NCBI RefSeq assembly: GCF_018350175.1
Contig: NC_058374.1
Coordinates: 59,520,001 to 59,584,000 of the forward strand
Source: Felis catus
Taxonomy: Eukaryota
Length of the DNA: 64,000 nt
Direction of reading: 5' to 3'
In this document: one piece after another, positions 1 through 11,438 of the stretch
How the letters are laid out: each line of letters begins with the position of its first letter
How positions within the stretch are numbered: position 1 is the first letter of the stretch
Position numbers and translations under genes: made by a program
The notes under the pieces: generated by a model
Told to the model about the DNA's origin: nothing
Database searches by the model: none
Seen by the model: the letters and a program-made list of their open reading frames with translations, nothing else

Positions 1-345
1 ACATTCCCCAGGAGGGCATTTAAGGCGCGCTCGCCTCGTGCCCACAGCCCGGAGGCCCCTGGGCTGCTGCTGCCGCCCCCTCCTGCGCGGCGAGCGGCAG
101 CCGGGCCTCACCACCCCTGCCACCCGGGAAGGTAATTAAATCGAAGCCGAACCGCCCTCCTTCCAAAGTCACCGAGCGTTGAAGCCGCAGCCGGGTACCA
201 ATTAGAGGCAGCGAGCGAGCGGAGCCGCGCCTGGGCGCCGCTGTTACATAAGCTCCGGGGGCCTCGGCGCCCCCGCCCGCTGCCGAGCGCCAGACACACG
301 GGCTGACACCGGCAAGACAAATGCGTCCCGAGCCAGGCTTTTATC
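1..345. promoter_or_regulatory. CpG-island-like GC-rich block (left edge truncated by window), in the last intron of SSPN
   Basis: Very high GC with many retained CpGs (gcgcgc, cgcggcgagcgg, cggagccgcgc, cggcgcccccgcccgc), in contrast to the CpG-depleted rest of the window. Lies ~3.7 kb upstream of the SSPN terminal exon. Confidence 0.7.
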
Positions 346-904
346 AAGATATATTTGCTCGCATTCCCAAGGTCATCGTAAACACTTTCATTGATAGTTT
401 ATTCGTGCCGCGTAGGTAAAACAAGCCACTTGATTTTAAATTACAGATTCTAACCCAGAAGCTTGTTGCTGTCAGATGGATTAAAAGCCCGTGAAGGGGG
501 GGAGGGGGAGCGGTTGGGGAAATGCTACAGCGTTGCAGATGTAGCCCGCAGGCCTGGGGGATCAAGTATACATTTATGTCTTAGCATGGATAAGAAATTT
601 GATTCTGTGGTTCACTCCTGTTTACTTGGCCTGATGCTTTCACAGAGTGGTAGATGCAGGATCACAATGTGTGAGCTATGCACCAGTGAAAGTATTCATA
701 TTCAAGGAGCTAAGGGGCAAGGCTTTTGTTTGGGCTCCCAGCATATTTAAATTGCTCACTTAAAATTGAGCAATCCCTGTGTCTGTGTAAATGTTTACAT
801 CTTTTCTACAAGCCAAGCCTGCATTGTTACTCCCATATGACAGAGAATAAGACAAAGCCCGTAAAGTTGATATCCTAAGAGTCTTGAGAACTGGCAGCTC
901 TTTC

Positions 905-1180
905 CATCTCTAGTAATTTGTTTATTGATTTCACAAATACTTAAACAGTGCTGCTATGTACTAGAGGCAGCTCTAAGCCCTTTACAGATATCAACTCTTT
1001 TGATCCTTATAATAAGCCTATGACCATAGGGCTATTATGATCATCATTCCAAGTTTAAAGGTGAAGTAACATAGGTGTGCAGGGGAATGATTATTTTGCT
1101 CCAGGCCCACAGCTAAGAAGGGGAGAATCAGGCTTGAAAGCGGGCAGTCTGGCTCCCCTATTTATGCTCATAACCATCAC
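905..1180 (-). mobile_element. MIR SINE remnant
   Basis: Reverse-strand MIR-like text (cttataataagcctatga...tattatgatcatcatt...ccacagctaagaagggg...cagtctggctcc). Boundaries approximate. Confidence 0.6.
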
Positions 1181-1264
1181 TCGGCTTGTACACTTGTTAA
1201 ATGTCTTGAGCAAATCTTCCAATATCTAAGCCAAAAGGAGATCTTTTAAAAATAGGCAAAATTT

Positions 1265-1484
1265 GGGGGTACCTGGGTGGCTCAGTTGATTGGCTTTGAT
1301 TAAGCCCTTTGACTTCGGCTCAGGTCATGGTCTCATAGTTCCTGGGTTCAAGCCTCACTTCCAGCTCTGTGCTGACAGCTCAGAGCGTGGAGCCTGCTTC
1401 GGATTGTGTCTCCCTCTCTCTCTGCGTCGTCTCTGCTTGTGCTCTTTCTTTCTCTCTCAAAAACAGAATAAACATTTAAAAAAA
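1265..1484 (+). mobile_element. Can-SINE (SINEC_Fc-like)
   Basis: ggggtacctgggtggctcagttg head, (CT)n tract, aataaacatt-A tail. TSD aaaa(t/c)aggcaaaatt on both sides. Confidence 0.95.
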
Positions 1485-2212
1485 AAAACAGGCAAAATTC
1501 TCATCTCAGCAAATGGGTTTTCATGATTGTGTGAGAGAATAATATTTTTGCAGCCATTCGAATTATTTACAGACTGAAGGAGGGATTATTGTCATTGCCT
1601 CAAGATAGTGTCCCAATGAATGTTATAGAAATCTGCTAAGGATGTGTGTGTGTGTTGGAGGTGGGAGGGTTATTACAAGACTTCCTCAGTTCCAGCCATT
1701 GATGGCAATAAAATGTGCAGAGAAAACTCCAATTGGGGCCATTCTGCTAAGCAGATGACTCTCAGGTGGGAAATTACCCCTTTAATTTGGGCCTTCCCTC
1801 CTGGTAAAGTCACCAATGTACCCATGTTCCCAAAGCAAATAGCTCCCAGGTCCATGCTGCCTGCACTGGAAACACAGTTACAGTGGGTACACATGTACAA
1901 CACCACCAGCACGATTTCATTTGGCTCTTGGTATCAGGAGTTTGAGGTCAATCATCAGGCCTGAATATTTCATAACAACACAGAATATTTCAAATATTCT
2001 GCTCCAATGTTCCCACAAAAATAAAAACTCCTACATTTTAGCCTAAGCACTATAGTTTTTGCAGGAAATATGGCCACAAAAATTTAGGTGATGTGTTCAA
2101 TTTCACAAATTAAATATTTCCTTTTTAAATGTTTTAATGGTGCCCCTTGTATTTATCTGCTTCCCTTCCTCCAAGGGAGGACTAAACACATTGAATAGAA
2201 GTTATCCTTGTT

Positions 2213-2456
2213 GGAGCGCTTGGGTGGCTCAGTCAGTTAAACGTCTGACTTTGACTCAGGTCATGATCCCTCAGTTCATGGGTTTGAGCCCCACTACATC
2301 AGGCTCTGTGCTGAGATCTCAGAGCCTGGAGCCTGCTTTGGATTCTGTGTCTCCTTCTCTCTGCCCCTCACCCCCCTCATGCACTCTCTCTCTCTCTTTC
2401 TCTCTCTCAAGAATAAATAAACATTAAAAAAAAACCCTGAAAATTACAATAGAAAA
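2213..2456 (+). mobile_element. Can-SINE (SINEC_Fc-like)
   Basis: tgggtggctcagtcagttaa head and A tail. TSD aagttatccttgtt at 2199-2212 and 2457-2470. Confidence 0.95.
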
Positions 2457-2724
2457 AAGTTATCCTTGTTATGTCCTTGAGATATAAGATGTTTCAATAA
2501 ACTGTTTCATGGATGAAAAAACTTGAGTTCCATCTGGCAATTCTTCAAGAGATTTGAAAAAGATTAGTGTGTGTGTTTATGATATCTTTGATGAGGACAT
2601 GCAAAGAATCCATGCACTCCCTGGCTTTGCAGCCATGTTAAGACAAAGTGGCTTTAACCAGTTCCACTCTCTTCCTGTGCCCTTAGTCAAGCTTTCAAGC
2701 AAACTAGACACATGGATAGGGCAC

Positions 2725-2727
<3 letters not shown>

Positions 2728-2762
<35 letters not shown>
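2728..2762. repeat. (CA)n microsatellite
   Basis: About 17 CA units. Confidence 0.95.
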
Positions 2763-2763
<1 letters not shown>

Positions 2764-3631
2764 ACATTCAAGAAGAAAAAAATACATTTTTAAGTATTCT
2801 ATATTTAAGACTTGAAAACACTTGAAATTGTCACCCTGTGGAGAATAACTCATTTGGAGGACTTTTGTACACATATTTTATAATCTTGGCTATATGTTTT
2901 TATTTTAAACTACATATCATTGAAAGTAGAGAGAGTGCGTAATCTTTTCAGAGCTGCTTTAATCTAGCCCTGGACATGAGTAGAACTAATCTTACTTTGG
3001 GGAGTTCACATTCATGAGAACTGCCCTACAAACAACATTGGACTATGGTAATATACATCTCACATTAGGAACTTAGTTCAGTACACTAGTCCCGACAGTT
3101 GGGGACCCTGTTCCTCATCTAGAGCCTCAGTAGGTGGGACCAGAAACATTTCCAGTAGGTGAGTACAATCCCAAGAACATTTCTTGTCATATAACATGGT
3201 TTATATTGTGACTGTGTCAACAAGCACTCACAATTTTTGATCAACATCTTTCAGGTGTAGGCTACATGTCTTGTTCAGGGATTCCATGGTTCTTTAGCAG
3301 CAGAGTTGGAACTTGAACCAGACTTTTCCATCACAAGGCTATCACACAGGCCAATGTGTTCAGAGCCTCGGCAGCTGAGGAGCCATTTAGAGTTAATTTT
3401 TGTACTCAGGAACTAGATGGTTAGAGGTGGACTTGGGTTGACACTTGTAGGTGAGGAAGCTGACATCAAGTCGTCTACCTTCTGGAATCATAATTTTTTT
3501 TCTAGCAACCTCTTACTGGGGCTCCTGGCATTTCTGGACACAAGTTGGCAACCACTATATTGACCACGGTCATTTTTATTAACCTGTGTTGCTAGTTGAT
3601 CGATCACTGCCAATTTTGGCCAATACAGTGT

Positions 3632-3672
3632 TTTCATTGCCTTCTAGCCTTTCATTTACCTTCTAGCCTTTC
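3632..3672. repeat. Short tandem duplication (ccttctagcctttc x2)
   Basis: tttcattgccttctagcctttcatttaccttctagcctttc. Confidence 0.75.
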
Positions 3673-4061
3673 TGCAATCTTCATATGAGCAGCTTTTGAG
3701 GTCAAAACAATCATGGCATGTCTTTCAGGGACGGCTCTCATGTTTGGGATTCATCTAAAGTTTGCTACATCCATATACAAGTATCCACCATCAAGCTAAT
3801 ATTGTTGGCTTGGTGTATGCAAAGCACTCTGCATCCATATGGCAAATAAAAATACGATCAGGGCTTACGGATTGCTTCACTAACAAATCGACATGGAACC
3901 ATTCCTATGTCACGAGTACTCTGTTACTGAAAAGACAACAGCCCCATCCTTCAGGGAGCTTCCTGCCAGAGAAGAAAAAGACCAGCTTTTATTAATGAGT
4001 TTTGTCAATAGTCACCCACTGTGCTTTGTAACTGGCAAGGTTTTCTTCTGCTTTCTTGCAG

Positions 4062-4427
4062 CTCTTGTACTTTCTGCTGAGTGCCCTGGGCTTGATGGTC
4101 TGCGTGCTGGCCGTGGCCTTCGCTGCCCACCACTATTCGCAGCTCACACAGTTTACCTGTGGAACAGCACTCGACGCCTGTCAGTGCAAACTGCCCTCCT
4201 TGGAGCCGCTCAGCAGGACCTTTGTGTACAGGGATGTGACTGACTGTACCAGCATCACCGGCACGTTCAAACTGTTCTTACTCATCCAAATGATTCTTAA
4301 CTTGGTCTGCGGCCTTGTGTGCTTGGTGGCCTGTTTTGTCATGTGGAAACACAGGTACCAGGTCTTTTACGTGGGTGTCCGAATGTGCTCCCTGACAGCT
4401 TCCGAAGGCCAGCAGGAAAAGGTCTAA
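4062..4427 (+). CDS. SSPN: Sarcospan, terminal coding exon (tetraspan component of the dystrophin-glycoprotein complex)
   Basis: Polypyrimidine tract plus CAG acceptor ending at 4061 (ttttcttctgctttcttgcag). Then 121 codons LLYFLLSALGLMVCVLAVAFAAHHYSQLTQFTC...CQCKLPSLEPLSRTFVYRDVTDC...CGLVCLVACFVMWKHRYQVFYVG...QQEKV followed by TAA. This matches the recalled C-terminal half of mammalian sarcospan (TM3, Cys-rich large extracellular loop, TM4). Upstream exons are outside the window. Confidence 0.96.
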   Translation, partial: LLYFLLSALGLMVCVLAVAFAAHHYSQLTQFTCGTALDACQCKLPSLEPLSRTFVYRDVTDCTSITGTFKLFLLIQMILNLVCGLVCLVACFVMWKHRYQVFYVGVRMCSLTASEGQQEKV

Positions 4428-4739
4428 CATACTCGCTCAAAGGTGGGAGAGAAAACAGCACACTGACTAGCTGGGGTCAAAAAAGGAAAAGGAAAAAGAG
4501 AAAGAAGAGGAAGAAAGGAAGAAAAAAAAAACTTTTGACAATAACTAATATTCACTGTTGTAAATGAATATTTTTCTATTTTTCAGGAAATAAGAGCATT
4601 TCTTCAGGTTTCTAGAGTATTTTTAAAAATTCTTACAGGGAAAATAAGATCCAAATTGACTTTAAGACATTAAAAGAACACTGAACGGGGAAGGAATGGC
4701 ATACATTTATTTTTGCAGGTTGGAGTTTATTTCTTAGTA

Positions 4740-4941
4740 CAGATTACCCCCACCCCCGCTTTCTGAACATAGAGCATTCCCATGAAAACTTCCGTGAACC
4801 GAAATGGCGTAAAGCGAAGGCACTGTTTTGTAGAAGCAGAAATCTTCAGATTTCTTTCGGTTGGCGAAAATGGGTGCTAATGTAGATATTTCCTAAAGCA
4901 AAATGGCGTAGAGCAAACTTTCGGATAGCGGGGAAAACCTG
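4740..4941 (-). mobile_element. MER6-family MITE (TcMar-Tigger) in the SSPN 3' UTR
   Basis: TA TSDs at 4738-39 and 4942-43. Imperfect TIRs CAG...CCCCGCTTTCTGAA / TTCGGATAGCGGGGAAAACCTG. The minus strand reads like the recalled MER6 consensus (caggttttccccgctatccgaaagtttgctctacgccattttgc...ctacattagcacccattttcgccaaccgaaagaaatc). Confidence 0.8.
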
Positions 4942-6836
4942 TACTCATTTTATTCATTATTTATATAATCCTCTTTCCTGCTCAGTTTATAGTGTGCATT
5001 GGCATTTCAGGACCACTTGCTAAATTTTGCAGTCGTTTCCAGAACTTCCCACCTCCCCCCATTCCTTTCACTATGCCTTGGAGAAAGGGGGGAGAGCTGA
5101 GCAACTAGGTTGACTCTCTGGATTTTCCCTGGTAGAGATGTCTTCAAGGCATGAAACAGCTTCAAGGGTCAGAGTAGAAAAGGAAGAGACTTTGCAAAGG
5201 CTAAATAATTATCAGCACCTGGGCTGGGGTGGAGGCCTTTTCTCTTCAGCTCCCTTAGTTTGGCTCTGTAAGTAGATCACTTACTAAATACTTTGGATGA
5301 TTGTCTGCTTCTCAATAATTGAAAGTTGGTGGTAGTTGTATTCTTAATGATGTAGAAGGCTTAAAAATAATTACATTATGCTTCTATTCTACCATCTAAA
5401 ACAAATCATTAAAACTAATTTCTACCTAATTGTTAATTATAATTATGCTCAGAAGCCTACTTAATGAGCCCTGTCTGTACTTATGTAGCACCATCGGCAT
5501 TAGGAGAAATTACTCTCACAAGAGAGGAGGCTTAAAGATTCTTTCTTCTGAAAGCCAAGCTTTACAAAGGAGAAGAAAAAAATTTTTTTATTAATAGCTC
5601 AGGTTAAAAATACTCATTTAAACAAAAACAAGAGCATTTGTAATGGGAAATGTTTATACAAATAGCACATTTGTGATACGTTATAAAGTATCTCTCTTGG
5701 CAGCTAAGTACTTTTGAGGAAGACTGGGTAATGCCGAAGTGTTCCATTCACAAAAGTGCATCTGATATGCAATCCTATTATTGATATTTATATCCAGTCA
5801 ACCTAGAGACTTAAACTAATGTCTTGATGTCCTTATTTGAGCATATGCCCATTGACTTGGAAGGTAATTTTTATTTTGTTTTGTTTTTAAGTTACTGTGA
5901 CTTAAAAAAGCACAGGCACGCTGGGGTGGGAGTCTTTTCTCTCTTACTTGGTTCTGAACAATACCAATATTTTAAGGAAGGAGCTCAGAATGCAAATGCA
6001 TGCAGCATTAATATTATCAAGATCTTTCTCTCTTAGCATGCTCTATTGAAATCAGAAATTCAAGATAATAATTGAGATGAATTTGCCTCTCCACATTGCC
6101 TATTGATATACTCTGCTAGTCATGAAATTCTACCCTAAAAGAAAATCATTTTCTTGTTTGCCTTAGAAAATAGTTGAACAATTCCATTGGTTGTGACGAC
6201 AGTGTCAATTTCTACACAATATAAATATCCAAATAAAAGGGAAAACATTAAGTCAGTTAGTTGGAGAATTGTAAAAAGCTTTTATGTCCTCCAGATAAAA
6301 CACCTGATTAACAGATGTTAAAACCTTTTTTTTTAATGTATTGACTTGCTTAAAAAATGGCCTTCCTACAAACCAGCTCAGGCCAAGAACTCACACTTAG
6401 TGGATAAGACTCTGGAGCAGAGGTTGGATTACATGCAAAAACTATATCGAGAGAACACCAAGCATCCGGATGATGACCTAAAAAAAAAAACAACAATAAC
6501 TGAATCCATTCTGATTTGGACAGTTTTTGACATAAAGAAGAAAATGACAGAGAATCTGAAATATTGTAGGCTGTTCTATAAAGAGAGAGAAACTGATGAT
6601 TTAATGCTAATTGCTATGAATCAGGCACCACTAGAAGCACACCCTGAATTCCTTTTTATAGCAAACACTACCGGTTTTATATTAGAAAATTAAAAGTCTA
6701 CACATCACTAAGGTGCTCAATGTTTTACAAACAATTCACAGGGTATTTCACATGGTAGAATAACTTTAGCTTATGTGTTTCTTTTTCTAAATAATGCAAC
6801 CAGAAAAGGATGAGACAGTAAGTTTGATAATAATCA

Positions 6837-6838
<2 letters not shown>

Positions 6839-6875
<37 letters not shown>
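6839..6875. repeat. (TA)n microsatellite
   Basis: About 18 AT units. Confidence 0.95.
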
Positions 6876-6879
<4 letters not shown>

Positions 6880-8261
6880 TGTATGTAATTAAATCATTCT
6901 TAAATCTCCAAAGGAAAAAAATAATCATAAGTGAAGGAAGGAACAAATAAATAAAGAAGGAAAGAAACCAAGAAAAGATTCCTGTGCTGTGAACTCACTG
7001 AGTATTGATACATGTAAGAATTGTGTTGCATGAATAACAAACTGCTTTACGCTGGATTTAAAGTATTTTGAGGTTGTGTTTTGCAAATATTGAAGTTACA
7101 ATAACCGGCAACAGAAAAGGAACAGAGACACAGCTTTACACTTAGCAAAATGTTACATTTAAAATCTGACAAGGAGCCAAGATGGTGACTGTCTCTTCTA
7201 AACCATAAAACAGTAAGATTTGCGCAATCCTCCTCCTCTTCCACCTCCTTCAGGAGAATTAAATGAATCAAGACTTTGGAAAGAGTGGAAACTGCCGGGA
7301 CTTGGCAGTACTTGAAATAGGAGGAATACAGCAGCCTAAATGTACAGACTTTGTAACCAAGCCCACCCGATCGGTCTGTGCCTTCACGTGACCACCATCT
7401 GTGCCTCCCTCGCTCTGTCCAAATTTGTGGAGGCAGCTCCTTGGAGCCAAGCCTAAAAATATAGCTACACCAGGCCCTAGAAACTGTAGTCAAGTAACAG
7501 GCCTGACTTTTTTCCCCTCTTTGAATTAAACGTCTGTCTATATGATCTCTTTGGAGGGGTTTCCAGCTGCAATAGCCATGTGTTCTGACAGCGAGAGCCC
7601 ATTATGTGTGTGTTTTCTGTTCACGGGCAGGACATCAGAATCTCTTAATATTCTTGTACTTCTCCTCTTGCATGCATTGTATCTGGAATATGTTTATAGA
7701 TTTTTAGTAAAAGGTGGGGTAGGGGTTATCCAAGGAAGATTCTGAAGGACAACAGTGGAGCAGTTATTTAACCAGAAACAAACTGAGAAGTTGCCCTGAA
7801 AACCAATCCTATCCTGTCACAAAACATACCTTCACATTTTCTAGTAATTACCTCTCAACTATTGCCATGGAGCCGTTAATTTCTGTAAATCATGCTGGCT
7901 ATCAGTTTTTACTATACTCGGAGAACTCTGTCATGTTTTTAGATGTACACTGAGTATTCAGGACAGTGTTAAAAAGAGCTGATGGCCAAATATACTGACT
8001 TGTGGTGGAAACATTTGTTTCGATGAAGGCTCAGTGTTTCAGCCTGGGCAATGAATACCTTAATTCTTTTCTTCTGATTGTCTCGATTATCTTCTTGATT
8101 ATCTCAAACGATTATCCCCTTCAGAAATATCGGTCTGCATTTTGGTGTTGTGATTTCATTTTCCTGCCATTGATGAAATAATGAATAGAAAACAAAGTGC
8201 TTTCTACAGGTATGAAGTGGTGATTTTTAAAGGAGATGCGTATGTGCAGGTTTTCTTTGTT

Positions 8262-8310
8262 AATAAACTTTTCATAATCTCTGAAAACACCGTGTTTGGA
8301 TGTGCTTTGC
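8262..8310 (+). terminator. Candidate distal polyadenylation signal of SSPN
   Basis: T-rich upstream sequence, AATAAA at 8262-8267, and downstream GT-rich cgtgtttggatgtgctttgc at 8291-8310. Confidence 0.55.
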
Positions 8311-8759
8311 AGTACGTTGCATGTGAACTTGTGTACAGAAAAACCTCTCAGGTTAGTGTTTACTTCCAAAATTAGGTTTTGGAATAGATGAGAACTCATA
8401 CTCATTTTGACTCCTTTATTCAGGGACTGTCTCTATTTTGGTACCTGCACCCACTGTGGAAGTCAAGGTTATAAACGCTCCCCAGGCCTGAGCTGAAAAA
8501 AGATCTTGCAAAAAGTACTTGGAATGCTGATTCTTAATTTATATCTATTAATGTCAAGTAAAGCTTGGCCTGGAGAAAGGAACACACGTTTGAGTGCTGC
8601 ACATTCAATCATATCCTACATTTAATTATATGGAAAAACACATGGCCTAATTCCATTTCAAATCTGAATGCAGGGACTCCTTATGAACTCTGAGGCAATT
8701 TAAATAGTTGATTATACTGTAAAATGTGGTGGTTCCTTCTGTTTAATTTAGTTAGAAAG

Positions 8760-9030
8760 GCTTGTAGAGTGTGAAAAGAAAGGAATAATGACTTAGCATA
8801 CACTCTCTGAGGTGGATTTCCTATCCTTAGTGTTAGGGCTGCAGGTCTCAGGGGGTGGAAATCTGACTGCCACTTTCCGGCTGTGTGACTTTAGACACAC
8901 CATTTCATGTTCAGCTTCCTCGTTCGTACAGTGGAGAAAAACATAACTGCCTCACAGTATCATGGGGAAGGTTACACGAAATAGCACTTAGCAAAGTAAC
9001 TGGCTCCAAGAGGCTTAGTAGACATTTGGA
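8760..9030 (+). mobile_element. MIR remnant
   Basis: ctgccactttccggctgtgtgacttta...tcagcttcctcg...aaaacataactgcctcacag...agcacttagcaaagtaactggc. Confidence 0.65.
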
Positions 9031-9199
9031 TTCTTCCATCCTTAGCTGGGTTCTGCAAGCCTGTGATGCTTCTCATCGATGCAGGCTCCAGTCCCCATAT
9101 CCAATTGGAAAAAATGGCTCTGCTTTGCTAACTCCTTTGGTGACTCCCTCTTTTATAAACCAGGAACATTATCAAAGGAGCCTCCAGCAGAAATTCTGC

Positions 9200-9312
9200 T
9201 TTTTTTTTTTTTAATTAGGTTCCACACTCAGTGTGGACTCATGACCCTGAAATCAAGACCTGAGATGAGATCAAGAGTTGGATGCTGAACTGACTGAGCC
9301 ACCAAGGCACCT
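9200..9312 (-). mobile_element. Short, older Can-SINE
   Basis: T-tract, then ...gatcaagagttggatgctgaactgactgagccaccaaggcacct. TSD cagaaattc(tg/ca)ctttt. Confidence 0.85.
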
Positions 9313-11208
9313 CAGAAATTCCACTTTTAAAATAAGATAGCACCAACTCTTATTGATGATAGTGCACAGAATTATGGGCTGGCGGGATCCCTATTTGTTG
9401 GTTTATGCATCTGGATGTTTCCCAATTGTGGCCATCTTTTCTCGGCTCCTTCCTTCAGGAAGACCTAGAAGCTGAGGCATTTCTTCTGACTTTCATGTCA
9501 CTTTGAATTATTTTGATAGAAGTGTGTTTAACCCCAACATTTTCAAATGAAGCTTCATTGAGCTCTGGTACATTATCAGTCCCCTGTATTTTAGGTTGTG
9601 ATGTACAACCCCTCATTTATTTAAAAACCAACCACCAACCACCTTTGCTATGCTTCACTCTGTGGGTCGCTGATTCTCATTCAAGAATCATAAAAACGTC
9701 TAGTTTTGAGCGTAGTCAGCAAATACCAACCGGAGCTTCATTCTCCATATTGGATATGAAAACACTTCATATAAATCTTTAAATTTGTGGCAAGTTATTG
9801 AAATTATACGGCCAGAAATCTACTTTTTCCCTTGATAGAGTCTGTCTATCTTTATAGCTCATAAGTTATTATATTTATGTTAAATTATTTTTTTGTTTGA
9901 CAGACTCATCTTTATGAAGTACAGGATTAATATCGGCTATTTTATTTTTAAAATTCAGACTGTAAGCAAATAAAAATGAAACTAATGTATGGGGGTGCCC
10001 TCTTGAAGACAGCAACTCATTCTTTCATTTCTTTCCAACAAATATTTATCTATGTTTCTTGATCCCTTCCAAAGCATAGGATCTGAGAGGAAATCTCTTT
10101 TGTTGTTGTTTGGGAAGGTCACGAGAAAGATCCTTTAATCAGAGGCACACGGGACATATGCTCCTCTGTTATTCTTGGGAAAAAGCAGATACGGGGCCAC
10201 GATCCAGATTTCCACAGAGACATGAAGCCTTGTGTTCAACAAGGCTCTCTGACTGGGGCAGGAGGGATGTGGAGGCCTGGAGAGTCTCCTGTGGCACGCC
10301 CTGCCCCTTTGACCAGGAAGTTGGCTGGAGAAGAAGGTGAGCCTCCCTGCTGCCGGCAGGAATTGTGGAGGAGGCTTGGCTAATGCCTGATGAGGGAGCT
10401 GGACGAGAAGATATCTGTGGGCAGTTTGGGGGCCTCTGCACCTGGAGATTTAGGACTATGTCTCTCTCTGGATGGGGTGCCCTGCTTCTTCTTTCTACCC
10501 AGCCGCCTTTTCTCAGAAGCCCACACTGTGTTGTCTCTGCCCGGCCAGGTACGATTGTAGAGGGCAAGACGGTGACTCGCAAGGACCACAGGGGGCTGTG
10601 GCCAGAGAAGATGACTGCCATCTCGTGCAATCCACTCCCGACTGGTCTCCCTACATCTTCCTACGCATGTTTTAATGGACTGTTGGTGACCCAGTCACCA
10701 ACAGGCTTGAAAGTGGTGTGCTGGCCACAGTGAGTTAGCAGAGGTACAGGCAATAGAGTCTGAAAATTATGTGACGAAAGTTGTCAATCGCCTCAATGGA
10801 TCATTTTTAATTCTCTTTCACTCAGGATAGAATTCATGTACTCTTACAAAATAACCAATGATCCATCAGGTATCTTTATGGGCACGAGTAGACTTTTAAG
10901 TTTTTATTAATTTTTTTTCTCAATTGCAACAAAAGTGACTATACAATTGAAAAGAGAGAGAGATTGTTTCAATATACAGAAGCTTAGGACCACGGACGCT
11001 GAACATGGCTATTAAACTAACGGCTGGGAACATGCACTCAGGCAAATGCAGGGAGGAATGATACCATAAGTATGTTTGGGGTCTGGATGAAGTGACCACA
11101 AGTGAAACCCTGGATTCCAGTTGGCCTCGCCTGGGTTAGAGTAGGAGCAGCCATCTTGGTGCGACCCTCACACCCACCCACCGTCAGATATTAAAATTGC
11201 TTTGGACA

Positions 11209-11438
11209 AGGGTGCCTGGGTTGCTCAGTCAGTTAAGCGTGTGACTTCGGCTCAGGTCATCATCTCGCAGTTTGTGAGTTTGAGCCCTGCGACGGGCTCT
11301 GTGCTGACAGCTCAGAGCCTGGAACCTGCTTCGGATTCTGTGTCTCCCTCTCTCTCTCTCCGCCCTTCTCCTACTGGCACTTTGTCTCTCTCTCTCTCTC
11401 TTTCAAAAATAAGTAAACATTAAAAAAATTTTTTTAAA
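11209..11438 (+). mobile_element. Can-SINE (SINEC_Fc-like)
   Basis: Typical head and tail. TSD taaaattgc(t/a)ttggaca at 11192-11208 and 11439-11455. Confidence 0.95.

Larger units (their letters stand above)
4428..8290 (+). other. SSPN: Probable SSPN 3' UTR
   Basis: Follows the stop codon, is AT-rich and has no young SINEs. Ends at AATAAA 8262-8267 followed by a GT-rich element. The end point is inferred. Confidence 0.6.

Noticed and set aside
4056-4061. ORF-track start (TTG) of the 123-aa ORF as a true start codon
   Set aside because: TTG-CAG is the splice acceptor. The exon begins at 4062 and the N-terminal exons are outside the window.
3893-4567. Overlapping ORFs 3893-4243 and 4319-4567 (Lys/Arg-rich, NLS-like)
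   Set aside because: Alternative frames of the SSPN exon. The basic run is just the purine-rich tract after the stop codon.
6346-6693. 115-aa ORF in the SSPN 3' UTR
   Set aside because: TTG start, reads through an A homopolymer, no recognisable family; length is compatible with chance.
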